A stretch of DNA of 63,874 nucleotides, the filler included, from Craspedostauros australis (lineage: Eukaryota), in the NCBI GenBank assembly GCA_030167865.1. It is 4 parts of 4 records of this genome, joined end to end, with 100 filler letters (N's around TTAATTAATTAA, not from the genome) between each part and the next. Parts side by side here need not be neighbours in the genome. Positions count along the whole stretch, not along the records: positions 31,689 to 62,714 come from JALAGF010003002.1; 3 more parts are not named here. One strand, given 5' to 3'. Within the stretch, counting starts at the first letter, position 1, and each line of letters opens with the position of its first letter. Shown here piece by piece: positions 49,121 through 60,300 of this stretch. The notes under the pieces are model-generated. The model had not been told where the DNA came from. It saw only the letters and a list, made by a program, of their open reading frames with translations, and ran no database searches. The translations under genes and the position numbers were made by a program.

Positions 49121-51191
49121 ATGAATTTGGATTGGAAACAGTGATGACATCAATGACAGATGGCTTGTGCGATTGTACAAAGCATGTAATAGGAACGACT
49201 TGGCATCGGTGCAGGCCTTGGTCGAATCATGCGAGGAGGGCACACTTTGTGATATTGTGCACGAAGTTAGAGATACACCACTCCATCGTGCTTCCTATCA
49301 TGGAAACATGGCCATTGTGAAGTCCTTGGTGGAGTCTGATCGAATCAAGGTGGATGTCAACCTCCAGGATCGCTTTGGAATGACAGCAATCCATTGTGCT
49401 TGTGAAAATGGACACACGGCTATCGTGAAGTATCTGATGGAATCTGACCGCGTTCATGTGGATTTCAACATTCCAGACAGGGATGGCAATACTCCAATTC
49501 ACATTGCGTCCGAGCATGGATACAGAGATACCATTGAGTACTTCATGCAATCTGATCAAAGCAATGTGGATGTCAATGCCCGAAACAAAGAAGGGCAGAC
49601 ATTGCTCCATCTCGCTTGCAGGAGCGGAAAGAGAGATCTTGTTGAGTACTTGATGGAATCTGATCGAATCCACTTCATCATGGATGATACCGATGGCAAC
49701 AGCTTACTCCACCATGCCTGCAAAAAAGGTCGGATCGATGTGCTGAAGTACTTGGTGCAATGTCTCCAAGTTGATGCCGCTGCCAACATCAACAAGCAGA
49801 ACAACAAAGGTGACACGCCTTTGTATGCAGCATGTGAGGAGATGGAGATCAGCTGCGTTCGATACCTGGTGGAATCAGATGATATCAGTGACAATGTCAA
49901 TCTCAACATTCGCAACAGCGATGGTGATACACTTCTCCACCTGGTTTGTTACACAGGCTGGCGTGGTTCTGAGGATATGATTGCGTATCTGGTCCAGTGT
50001 GACAAAATTGACACAGACAACCACATTCGCACCCAAAACAATGACGGTGACACACCATTGCATCGCCTTTGCTATTACGGTAGCCGTCGCTTCTTACCTT
50101 GCTTGAAGCTGTTGCTGGAAGAGTACCAACCCAACAATGACAACAATGAAGACAACAGCAACAGCGAGTTGAGTATCGATGAAATATTCAAGATTCAAAA
50201 CAGCCACGGGAACACACCTCTCCATTTTGCATGCAAGCATCAGAAACGCGACGCCATTGAATACCTGCTCAAGTCGTCCAAGATCAACAGCAGTTTCAAC
50301 ATCCAGAACCATGACGGTGACACACCTCTCCATGTTGCTTGCGAGCATCAGGAACGCGACGTCATTGAGTCCATGCTCCAGTCGTCGAAGACCAACAGCA
50401 GCTCCTACATCCAGAACCATGATGGTGACACACCTGTGCACCTCGCCTTCCGCAGAGGTCGTTTCGTCCTGTTGGATGATACCACCAGACTCACCCACCT
50501 CTTCGAATTCATCCAACACCAACTCATCCCCACCACCAACCTCAGCGATCTCTCCCATCTCAACAATCGTGTAGGAGATACAGTCATCACCAAACGATTG
50601 ATAGAAGAGGCCAAACCAATTGCAAACATCCAGAATCGTGCTGGGAACACGCTTCTACATCTTGCATGCATGAACAAGGACAGTGAAATGTCCATCCTTC
50701 AGCAGTTGGTGGGACATGACTCAGTAGACGCAACGCTTCAGAATAGTGATGGTAAAACTCCGTTGCATTGCATCTGCTGCGCCGACACTGGTACCGGAAG
50801 CGATACCGGAAGTGATGTCGGAAGCGACGCCAACGACCGTGATGACTGTCTGGAGAAGATCAAGCTGCTGATTGAATCGAGCAACGTGACGGTGGATGTG
50901 AACATGATGAACAATGGCGGAGACACAGTCCTTCACTGTGCGGTCAAGAATGACCTGGTGACAGTGGTCGAGTATCTGATGATGTTGGAAGAGATCGATG
51001 TTCATGTGCAAAACAAAGCTGGCAATACGGCATTGGAGTGTGCACAGGAGGCAACCCATGATGCGAAGATCTTGGATTTGCTTGAATCGAGGCTGGCTCA
51101 CCATCCCACCGCGAAGAGGGATCGGCCGCCCTGCAGTCCCGACATGTCTATGGAAGGTGAGATAGAGACAAAGACAAAACGGCAATGGTAA
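49121..51191 (+). CDS. Ankyrin-repeat protein (about 680 aa); the ATG at 49121 is one base out of frame with the main ORF
   Basis: ORF 49167-51191 has many NIQNxxGDTPLHxAC repeats. The frame is open back to 49125 and is preceded by TGA. Confidence 0.85.
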
Positions 51192-52180
51192 GGTATAATA
51201 TATAATGTTCTATTATGTTATATGATATAAGAGTTGGTCTGAAATGCCGTGCCGTGTCTTTTGCTGCTAGTCGTTGGATACCTCCAGAGTACTCGACTCC
51301 AAACTCTACTTGGAAGTGCTCGCCCCATGTTCGCCCGCAGCACATTGAATCAGTCCGTGCGCAGAGGACCAACGCATGTCGCCAATGTGGAAAGAATGGA
51401 AGTTCCGCGACGTGCAAAATGGTGTGCCGACGTACGTAGCCTCCTACAGCAATGTCTCGTTATTCTACCAACCATCATGGTCTACGTCTGTATTTCTCTT
51501 GATGCACTTGCCGCGTTCGGCCCTTCTTCATCCCACCCGATTCCCAGCCTGGCACTGGCACTGGCATCAACTTCGTATGTGACCGATGGGCGATGATGTG
51601 CTGCGGCTTCGTTGACACCAGCTGAGTTTGTGCCGCACCTGTTGGTCCGGTGGATCAATGCAATTGATGCTATGAAGCACGGTTTCATGTGTTGTCGCCA
51701 GCATTTGTTGCAGACACCTCGCTGCCTTGCTGCCTTGCGGGGGCGACCGCGTGCAGGAGGCTGCGATTCCCAAAGCCTGTCGCTGCAGTGCGTGATGCTG
51801 ACGCGATGTGTGCTTGTGTTTGTGTGCCTTTCCATGGAAGCGCATTGACCCGGAAGTCCAGCACTGTGGTCTGACACCGTCATCTCCCATCAACTCCATT
51901 CGTTATGATCGCATCGAATGCCGATCAGAGCATCAGCCTGGACGCTTTGCTACCGCAACTGTTGGTCCTCATGGATGTTGATGCCTCATTGTATTGTCCC
52001 GCTGTACATCATAGGTATGCTCATGGTGTGAAGGGATGCGGTACGAGGAAGATGGTGAACAGATGTGGGTTCCTTGTCAGCTGTTGCATCATGGCGCTGC
52101 CGATGTCGCCTCTCATTTCTGACCATTGCGGTCGGTGGCCATCGTCGAACGGGGTTGCACAACAACAGAATGGTGACCGT

Positions 52181-53370
52181 GTTTCTCTGTGATCGTGTTT
52201 GTGTGTGTCGTCATCACTCACAAACCAATTCCACAATCGTGACAAATTGAAGTGCGTCACCCAAACACGATCAACCACGGATGACAGGCAGACGATTGAA
52301 GCGCGCCAAAAATTCTTGACATCACCGAAAACAACGAACTGCTGATGTTGATGTCACACAGAACAACTACTCAACGACTATGGCAATACATGTACTCGTT
52401 CTGTGGAAGAGATCATGGCTGTACTTGCGTACGACTACGTGAATTGATGAAGGTGTCAGCCAGCGTATCATACGTACACAGACATGACCAGTAAAGCAAT
52501 GCATGGGGGAACCAAGCAGCCACGCACAACGTCGCATGCCGAAAAGGATGGACGAAGGCGACCATGGCAATAGATGGAGATGATGATGATATTGATGATG
52601 ACGAAGAATGGGAAGTGGTGGTGAAGAGCGATCGCAAACGTATCGCATCGATCGGCGACATCAGAAAGGAAGATACCAAGGCAATTGCATAGGTAAACAA
52701 TCACATGAACAATCGCAGTACCAACAACGGTGCCAACAACAGTGGTGAGAGACGCCATGGTTCCGGGATAAGCCCTGGATTCGAGTGATCAGCAACAACG
52801 CCCACGCTGGATGCGCCGTCGGCAGCTGAGACTCAATACCTGCTAGACGAGTGCATTCATGATGAGATCGGACGCAGCAACTTCTTCGGGGCCTGTAAGC
52901 ACCAGCTGTTAGGAGATACTCCTTCTATTACGCCACCACTGCACGCATCATTGCCTCCAACGCCTGCTCATGCTGAAGCTCAAAGCGATGCATCGCAGCC
53001 ACAACTGCAAACGATGAGATGGAGGCACTGTGTCATCAGACCCACAAGTCGGGGAAATCATCTGTTACGGCATCAGCAACTTTTCCCATGGCTCGTCATC
53101 CTTGCCGGCTGCATCTGGAGCCATGTGGCAGCTGGCGTGCGCTTGCGCCTTGCGTGATACCACCCAAAAACGGCGTCATCAACAACAAGCCGACAGTCGC
53201 GATACATCCGGATCCGTCAAGTTGCAGCAGAATGCTGCAATCTATGCATGATACCCATGGAGTCCACCATCCTTTGCCGCACAACTCGTTTCACATCACC
53301 GGAATCAAACGAACGCAGAGACCATATGATTGGCGATACTGACGAGAACGACAGCGGTGGCCGGACAATC
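52181..53370 (+). repeat. Copy 2 of the 1.1-1.2 kb direct duplication
   Basis: Aligns with 41388-42505 and carries about 80 extra bp (about 52717-52800). Confidence 0.92.
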
Positions 53371-53440
53371 TTATTCTTACCACATTTGCAATACGGTCAG
53401 CACCAAGCAGTGGACAGTTTGGAGACCCTTCATCAGTGAT
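52564..53440 (+). pseudogene. SRR1-like domain pseudogene, copy 2
   Basis: Fragments DEEWEVVVK; EIICYGISNFS..AMWQLACACAL; RTILFLPH, separated by frameshifts and stops. Confidence 0.6.
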
Positions 53441-54355
53441 GGTTTTCCCGAAGAACAAATCGGCGAGCAAGAACCATACCATGGGCGAAGACTTGGACGA
53501 AGATGATAACAATCTTGGGCGGCTCGACAAGCGGCAGCTGCTGCCCAAACTTTTGGAAGACGCGGGGACCGTTGGGGCACTGGAACACAAGGCACAAGAA
53601 GAATTCTCGCAGCAGCTCTTGCCCATTGGCAAGATTGTTGGTGCGGATGATCGCAAATAGAAAGCCAAGTACTTCGGCGTCAACGGGCAGCAGTTGCAAT
53701 CTTCCTGCAACAAAGCCGCGCTTGATGATGGCATCAAGGAACATAGAAAATTGAAGAAGACTGGAGGATTATCCATGGAGGAGCTCAAGCCGAAGAAGTA
53801 ACAATGGCATACTCTCTCCAGAGCAGTAACCTTTGGATACGCGCATGTATGTAATATTGTTTAATATCTGCAGAGGAGATGGAACGAAACAGTTGCACTC
53901 TACTCTGCGGCGAGAGGAAGACCATGGTGAACATGTGTGCCAAGTGGTGTTAATTGTATGTATAATCGTTAGTGGCATCTGCCCATGTTCGATGGCTTGT
54001 TCGGGCTTCCTCTGTATTGAATGCTCTCGCACAGACGCGTCGGCGCATACTGGACGCGGTGGTTCATCTCGAATGGGATAGAGCAGGAACGGATGTGGAG
54101 TATGGTATGCCATGCATGCAATGAGGTGCATTCCATTCCACGGGCGACAACATTCCAAGACGAGGGAAATCAGATGGAGAGCAATGTTGGGGGATGTTTG
54201 TCACACGAAATAGCATTCTCCGCTCGTAATCGGTGGGGAAGACTCGTACGGAGTTGGGCGCATGCCGCTTTGCCTGCTGCAGAGATCCACAATCGAACTC
54301 GCCCGACCTGCCTCTCGAGCTTGCAATACGGGCGGACTCAACAATCGCAACCTCG

Positions 54356-55879
54356 TCAAGTGCTTCTCACGCACGGCCGTTTCCGGCTGGCATCTTCGCG
54401 GGCATGCAATTCGCAGGAGATCCCGATGGATCTCTTTGCATCGTCTGCGATTCGTTGTTGAGGGGCACTGCCAGCGAGGGCCATTTCTGCGAATCGCGCA
54501 ACGCCGAGCTCGCGCAAGACGAAGTGGATCTGATCAACAGAGTCCTTGCTGATCGTCTCGATGGCGGTGATGAGATCGAGCGGGGTGATGCTCTCGTAGC
54601 TTTTGTCCAGGACCCCCTTCATGGCGTTATTCACGGTGGGGTAGAACGCGAACTTCTTCTTGTCATGATCTGTCGGGCCGATGATGCCTATGCAGCTCGA
54701 CATCCATTCGCTCATGATCGTGCCGGTGGCTTCGTCTCTGTTGTGACCTCGCGATCTGCCGATTGCAGACCAATGGCCCACGACGATCTCCCTCGCCGGT
54801 TTGACCTTGGCCAACGATTCCAGGATGAACTTCCATGTGCACATGGACGCTCCATCGTTCATCGCGGGGTCCCACGAACAGTCCACGAAGTTCAAGTCGT
54901 TGAGGTGTATGCGCTGGAGTTTCGGCATGCGCGGCAACGTCGACCCCAGAATCTTCCACGTCTTCCAATGGACCCAATATCCGTCGCCGTCGCGGGCGTT
55001 GCGGAGTTCCAAGGACTCCAGGTGCGGCAATGTCTCCAATGCTTTGATCGTTTTGGGGAACTGGTAGAATGGATTGATGGTCAACGACCGAAAGGTCGGC
55101 TTCGGCATGGCCTCCACGAGCTGGAGCCAGCACGTGTCAACAAGACCAGGCAGCTCTGGGTGGTAGAGCGAGTCGCGTCCGCTGGAACCGACGCTCAAGA
55201 TGAGTCGTCGAATTGCGAAGGATGTCAGACCGTCGCAGAACTTGGTCCATTCGCCATTCTCCCGAAGACCGCGCGCTGCACGGATGTTATTGGACAATCG
55301 AAAGTGCACGGTAAGCGCAACAACCTTCGATGCTTCCTTGTCTGCTACATTCGGGCTTGTAGTTGTTGATGCTGGCGTCGACACAGGCGCGGGCGATGAG
55401 GTTGTTGCTGTTGCGGACGTTGCTGTGCAAGTGCGTTGCAGTTTGCTCTGGTGCTGATGCCGTTCTGCGGCAAGGGATGATGCTGGTGTGGACATCGATG
55501 CTGGTTTGTGTGTGGTTGCTGCACCGTGCGAGGACTGACGGTGGATGTATGTCACCATGTCCTCGACGCAATCAAACTCCATCCCTGGCCCCCAGCTCTT
55601 TTGCTCCGTCTGCGGACGCGTGAGGAAAGTTGCGATGAAACCGCCAGTCTCCTCGTCGCTTTCATCCTCGACCACACTTCTGGCTGCACCGGCTCCTGCA
55701 TTTGCAGCTGGTGCTTGCGCTTGTGCTGCGCTGGCCTGATTCTGCGGTGTGGCTGTGGAGACGGACGGCAGAATCGAAATTCGGATGTGTTGCACGTCTT
55801 CACGATCTTCGCCTTTGCCGATGGACGAAACGCGGGAGCCCACGGGACTCGGTGGTGTGATGTGGACTTGGAACTTCAT
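54356..55879 (-). CDS. Hypothetical protein with RNI/LRR-like C-terminal half (507 aa)
   Basis: Long ORF with LRR-like segments LPHLESLEL, MPKLQRIHL, FRSLTI and an Ala/Thr-rich linker. Confidence 0.72.
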   Translation of the reverse strand: MKFQVHITPPSPVGSRVSSIGKGEDREDVQHIRISILPSVSTATPQNQASAAQAQAPAANAGAGAARSVVEDESDEETGGFIATFLTRPQTEQKSWGPGMEFDCVEDMVTYIHRQSSHGAATTHKPASMSTPASSLAAERHQHQSKLQRTCTATSATATTSSPAPVSTPASTTTSPNVADKEASKVVALTVHFRLSNNIRAARGLRENGEWTKFCDGLTSFAIRRLILSVGSSGRDSLYHPELPGLVDTCWLQLVEAMPKPTFRSLTINPFYQFPKTIKALETLPHLESLELRNARDGDGYWVHWKTWKILGSTLPRMPKLQRIHLNDLNFVDCSWDPAMNDGASMCTWKFILESLAKVKPAREIVVGHWSAIGRSRGHNRDEATGTIMSEWMSSCIGIIGPTDHDKKKFAFYPTVNNAMKGVLDKSYESITPLDLITAIETISKDSVDQIHFVLRELGVARFAEMALAGSAPQQRIADDAKRSIGISCELHAREDASRKRPCVRST

Positions 55880-56526
55880 CGTGGCGGCTGTCGCTTGCAG
55901 AGCAGATGCGGATGGTATAATATACTTACTCTCTCTTATCTCTCTAGGGACGACAATGGAGATGTTGAAGATGTTTGTGTTGTGTTGTCAGAGGATTCCC
56001 ACCAGCATCGCCATCGCCACTGTCAGGGCCGAAGTTCTGGGAATGACGTCGTGGGTGGTGTCAACACGAAGAACAAGACAGGATTGCGCCAACGGAAGCA
56101 CAAGAACAGCAGAATCGGAGCCGAGAGAAGAACCAAACAGAACACAAGTGAGAAATCGTCACATTTTTTCACGTTCTGCGCTGTGACATAGGTACTTGCA
56201 AATACAGACAGAGCATTTTCAGCCTAATTGTGAGGGGGTATGGCCTGAATTGCTTCGCCACATCACGCAATTTAGGCTGAATCAAATAGCTCTTCAGATT
56301 TGGATCATCATCTTTCTCGTTCCGTTTCGCAGAATCCAAAATTCACGACAGGCACAAGAGAGAGGAAAGCATCGCTTTGTGCACCCACGACCAGGGAGTT
56401 GGCGAGAGAGGTGCCTATTCAACGACAGGCAACGACCAGCGATACCACCACACACTACCTTCAAGAGTATAATACTCAAGTTCCGCCATTCTGTCATTGC
56501 ATCGCCATCCCTCCCAAACCACCATC

Positions 56527-57153
56527 ATGACCTCGCCGCACGCATGCGCAGCTTCCATCGAGGCACTTTGCAAGCTGAACCGGCAGCTCCTCAAACAGAA
56601 GCTCGGTCTGATGGACGTGCTGAGATCACGATTCGGGCTTGCCGAAGCTGCTGCGCTGTACAAGACCCAATGCCCCATCGTCCATGCCTCGGTGGGGCAG
56701 CACATCCGGCATTCCATGGACCACATCCAGCTCGCCGTCGAGGCAGCGAGAGATTACGGCGTCGATGGTGTCGATCCGGTTCACTACGATCTGCGCAGAC
56801 GAGGCGGTGATGACGAGCATGATATCGACGCGGCCGAAGCAAGGATCGAAGGCGTCCTCGCTGCCATCGATGACGTAGCGGCGCGCGGCAGTGCAGATCC
56901 AACGATCCCGCAAGAGACGCTGTTGACGCCACAATCACGTCTCGACGTTCAATTCATGCTGTCGTCGGATCCAGACGAGTTTGGCATGACCACGTCGATT
57001 GGACGCGAACTTGGATTCGTGGCGCATCATGCGATTCATCACTTGGCTCTCGTCAGGATAATCTCTGTCAACACGCTGGGTTTGGCTTCCGAGGACCTGC
57101 CGGCAGGCTTCGGGCGGGCACCCAGCACGCAGGAATTCGACAACAGGCGATAG
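56527..57153 (+). CDS. DinB/YfiT-superfamily putative metalloprotein (208 aa)
   Basis: Motifs ASVGQHIRHSMDH, HYDLRRRG, SIGRELGFVAHHAIHH, FGRAPST. No intron. Confidence 0.82.
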   Translation: MTSPHACAASIEALCKLNRQLLKQKLGLMDVLRSRFGLAEAAALYKTQCPIVHASVGQHIRHSMDHIQLAVEAARDYGVDGVDPVHYDLRRRGGDDEHDIDAAEARIEGVLAAIDDVAARGSADPTIPQETLLTPQSRLDVQFMLSSDPDEFGMTTSIGRELGFVAHHAIHHLALVRIISVNTLGLASEDLPAGFGRAPSTQEFDNRR

Positions 57154-57371
57154 AAGCATTTCACTTGGGGCATACTGATACGTAATCACTACAAAAGACT
57201 ACTGCATACATGTATCCGCGCACGTATGGATAAGGAGTGCTTGGAGTCTTGGTTTGTGTTGTCCCTTCACAGGTGACACCACTTTTCTGCAAGGTCTTCG
57301 AACCACTCCAAACAAGTGTAATCAGTTCGGTTCGGTTTGCTCTTGTTCTGTTATGCGCGCCCGCCACCTCC

Positions 57372-60300
57372 TCAGCTGCTGCGCATGCGATTCATCATCT
57401 CGGTCACCTGATTGACCGTCTTCATCTTCAACGCGTACGCATCACGCTCCAATTCGAAGTAGAATTCGAACCCATTCAGCCTCTCATCTTGGTTGGCCTC
57501 CCGCCATGACTTCCCTTGCTGCACGAAGAACCGTCTGCCGCGCAGTGCGCGACGGATGGCCTTGTAGATTGGTGGGGACCATGGTGTCTTGAAGAAATCC
57601 GGCATGATTCGCTCCACAACTTCCACAAGGCTTTTCGTACCGGGGTGGTCTGGAAGAGTTCGTTGGCATCAGTGTGGTGAATGTGGTGAATGTGATCAAC
57701 GGTGGTGCATGTTGATGCGTGTTTGGGCGCAACCAACGAGGGCGAGGACGCAACGATCACGAGTTGGGTCATCAGTGCAGAGCATGGATGTTAGTACGAA
57801 CATTGCTGTCACAACAGGACTCCTGTAGAGTAGAGTGAATCGTTCAACTCGACTGCGCTTCACTTCACTGTGCTGCGCAACCCGCAGAAGCAGAGCTTTG
57901 GGAATGCCATACAAGCATGGCACAATGAGTACACCATTGCTGCACTTACCGTCACTGTGAAAACAAACATCCTTCGAATGAGGATGTTTCATGGACTTGA
58001 TGGCAGTGGTGTTTTCCGTGCGCACCAAACCATCGTCATTGTATGGTTTGTGACTGGTCTTCTTCGCTTTTTCTTTCGTCCTCTTTTTTCTTGTGCTGTT
58101 GCTACTTGCTTGGCCATCAGTGCCATTGCTCACAACCAGCGCACGGCTTTCATTATCGAACGTGCCGCCGTTGTCTTCGCTGACGACGAGTGCACGGTTA
58201 TCGTCGTCGTGAGCTTTGCCGACGCTGTGACTGACAGTGAGCGCACGGCTGTCATCATCGTATGCTCCTTCACCGTCCTCACTAACAACGAGAGCACGGC
58301 TGTCTTCATCGTATGCTCCTTCACCGTCCTCGCTAACAACGAGGGCACGGCTGTCTTCATCGTATGCTCTGTCACCGTCCTCGTTCACAACGAGGGCACG
58401 GCTGTCATCATCGTATGCTCTGTCGACGCTGTCGCTCGCCACAAGAGCGCGACTACCGTCGCCATCGTCTTCGCTGGGAACCAGGGCACGGCTATGATCG
58501 CCTCGATCGTCTGTGTCTTCGCTCAGCACGATTGCTCGAATATCATAATCATTGTCGCTGCTGCTTTCGTCGTCATCTTCGGCGAGAACGAGTGCGTTGC
58601 TGACCGTTGTGGCTGCACCCTCGCCGATGGTGCCATCGTCATGGACGGCAAGGGCGCTCTCGGTGTTGCGAGACGCGTTCTTCTTTTGCTTGAACCTTGC
58701 ACCGGCGGTACCTCTCTTGCCAACGCCATTTTTGGTGGCTCCATTCGCGACGTGGTTGGCAGCATCGCCCGCAGCAGCACTTTTTGCTGCTTTCTTCATC
58801 TTTGATGACGATGAAGGTCTTGGCCCAGGTACGTTGGATGTCGCGGATGCTTCGGCACGTCGTTTTGCCTTCTTGATTTCAAGCTTGTACGAAATGCGCT
58901 GCTCTTCGAAGAGCTTTCCGAAGTAATCCACGCGCTCTGTCTGGGTGGCGTCCCTCCACGCGCCATCGTCAATGTCCCAGATGAAGAAGCGGCGGCCTTG
59001 CAACTTCGCCTTGACAGCCCTGTACACTTTTGGTGACCATGGCGTGTCCACGTGCGTGACCAGAACCGATTTTATGGCCCGACGCAACGCCAGATTGCCT
59101 GGATGCGCTTCCTTGTGCAAGCAGATGTCGTACCTGGACGGGTCGTCATCCGACAGCATTTCATCCATGTCATCTGCAGCATCATAGGAATGCACGGACA
59201 TCGCAAGGTCCCAGTTATCGCGCGCCTTTTCGCGCAATTGTTCCCACTCATTCACATCTCCAGCGTCCCAGTCACCGCCGGCCTTCTTTGCCGACTTTCT
59301 CTTTTTCGTTGCCTGGGGCATGCGCTTCTTGTACAGTTCTTTCTCCTGATCGAAGTACTGGCCGATATTCTCGATCCGCTCCACCTTGGTGGCCTCTCTC
59401 CATGGCGAATCTTCCTTCTTGATCAGGAAACGGCGCTCTCGCGATTTCCGACGGATCGCCTTGTACACGGGCGGACAGTACGCAAAGGTTTCAAATTGCT
59501 TCAGGCATTTTTGAACGATCTCGACGAACTCCTTCGTGCCTGGATGGTACGGATCGGAGAAGCAGATGTCCTCATCTCGTGGATTGATGCCCCGGTAGGG
59601 ATCATCGGAATAGTCATTGTCGCGGTCATCTGGTGCGGCGGACGGGACGGGCAGCGGATGGCCGTCCTCCACCGGCCGCAAACCTGCCGGTTCATCGAAG
59701 GTGCGCTGTGTGATCACAACCTGCTCGAATTCGCTGAGCTGTTCACGGATCAATTCATGATTCTCCAGCAGGTCCACGCAGTACGGGAGCAACGCTTCCA
59801 CCATGTTGGGTCGGAACGGCATCGTGGTGTTTTGCACGCCCGCAACGCAATGCTCGCACGTGAATCCTTCTGCCATCTGTCGCGCCAGGAAGACGCCGAG
59901 GCGCGTTTGTGAGAATTCCAACGTGACGTTGCCGATGATGCTGCCGAAGTCATCCGGTGACAAATCACCCAAGAAGACCGCCCATTCGATGGAGTCCAGC
60001 TTGTTCGCGACCACGTCGAAGTCATTGACGGCGCCGGACATTTCATTGAGCAATCCGACCAAGGTCGGTTCGTTGCTGTCGCAGAAGACGCCGTTTCTGT
60101 ACGTCTGGTCCACGTTCTCGATCTTGTGCGCCTTGTGGCTTTGCTTCGGCTCCGACAGCGGCATTTGGACAGCGTCATCTTCGACTACCCTCGGCAGTGC
60201 TGGCATGGTGGGCAACGATGGTATCGACGACAGCGGGAGGCTGCGTTGACCGCTGACGCGTCTGGAATGCCCGATTTTGATTGGAATTTGCGTCGATGGA

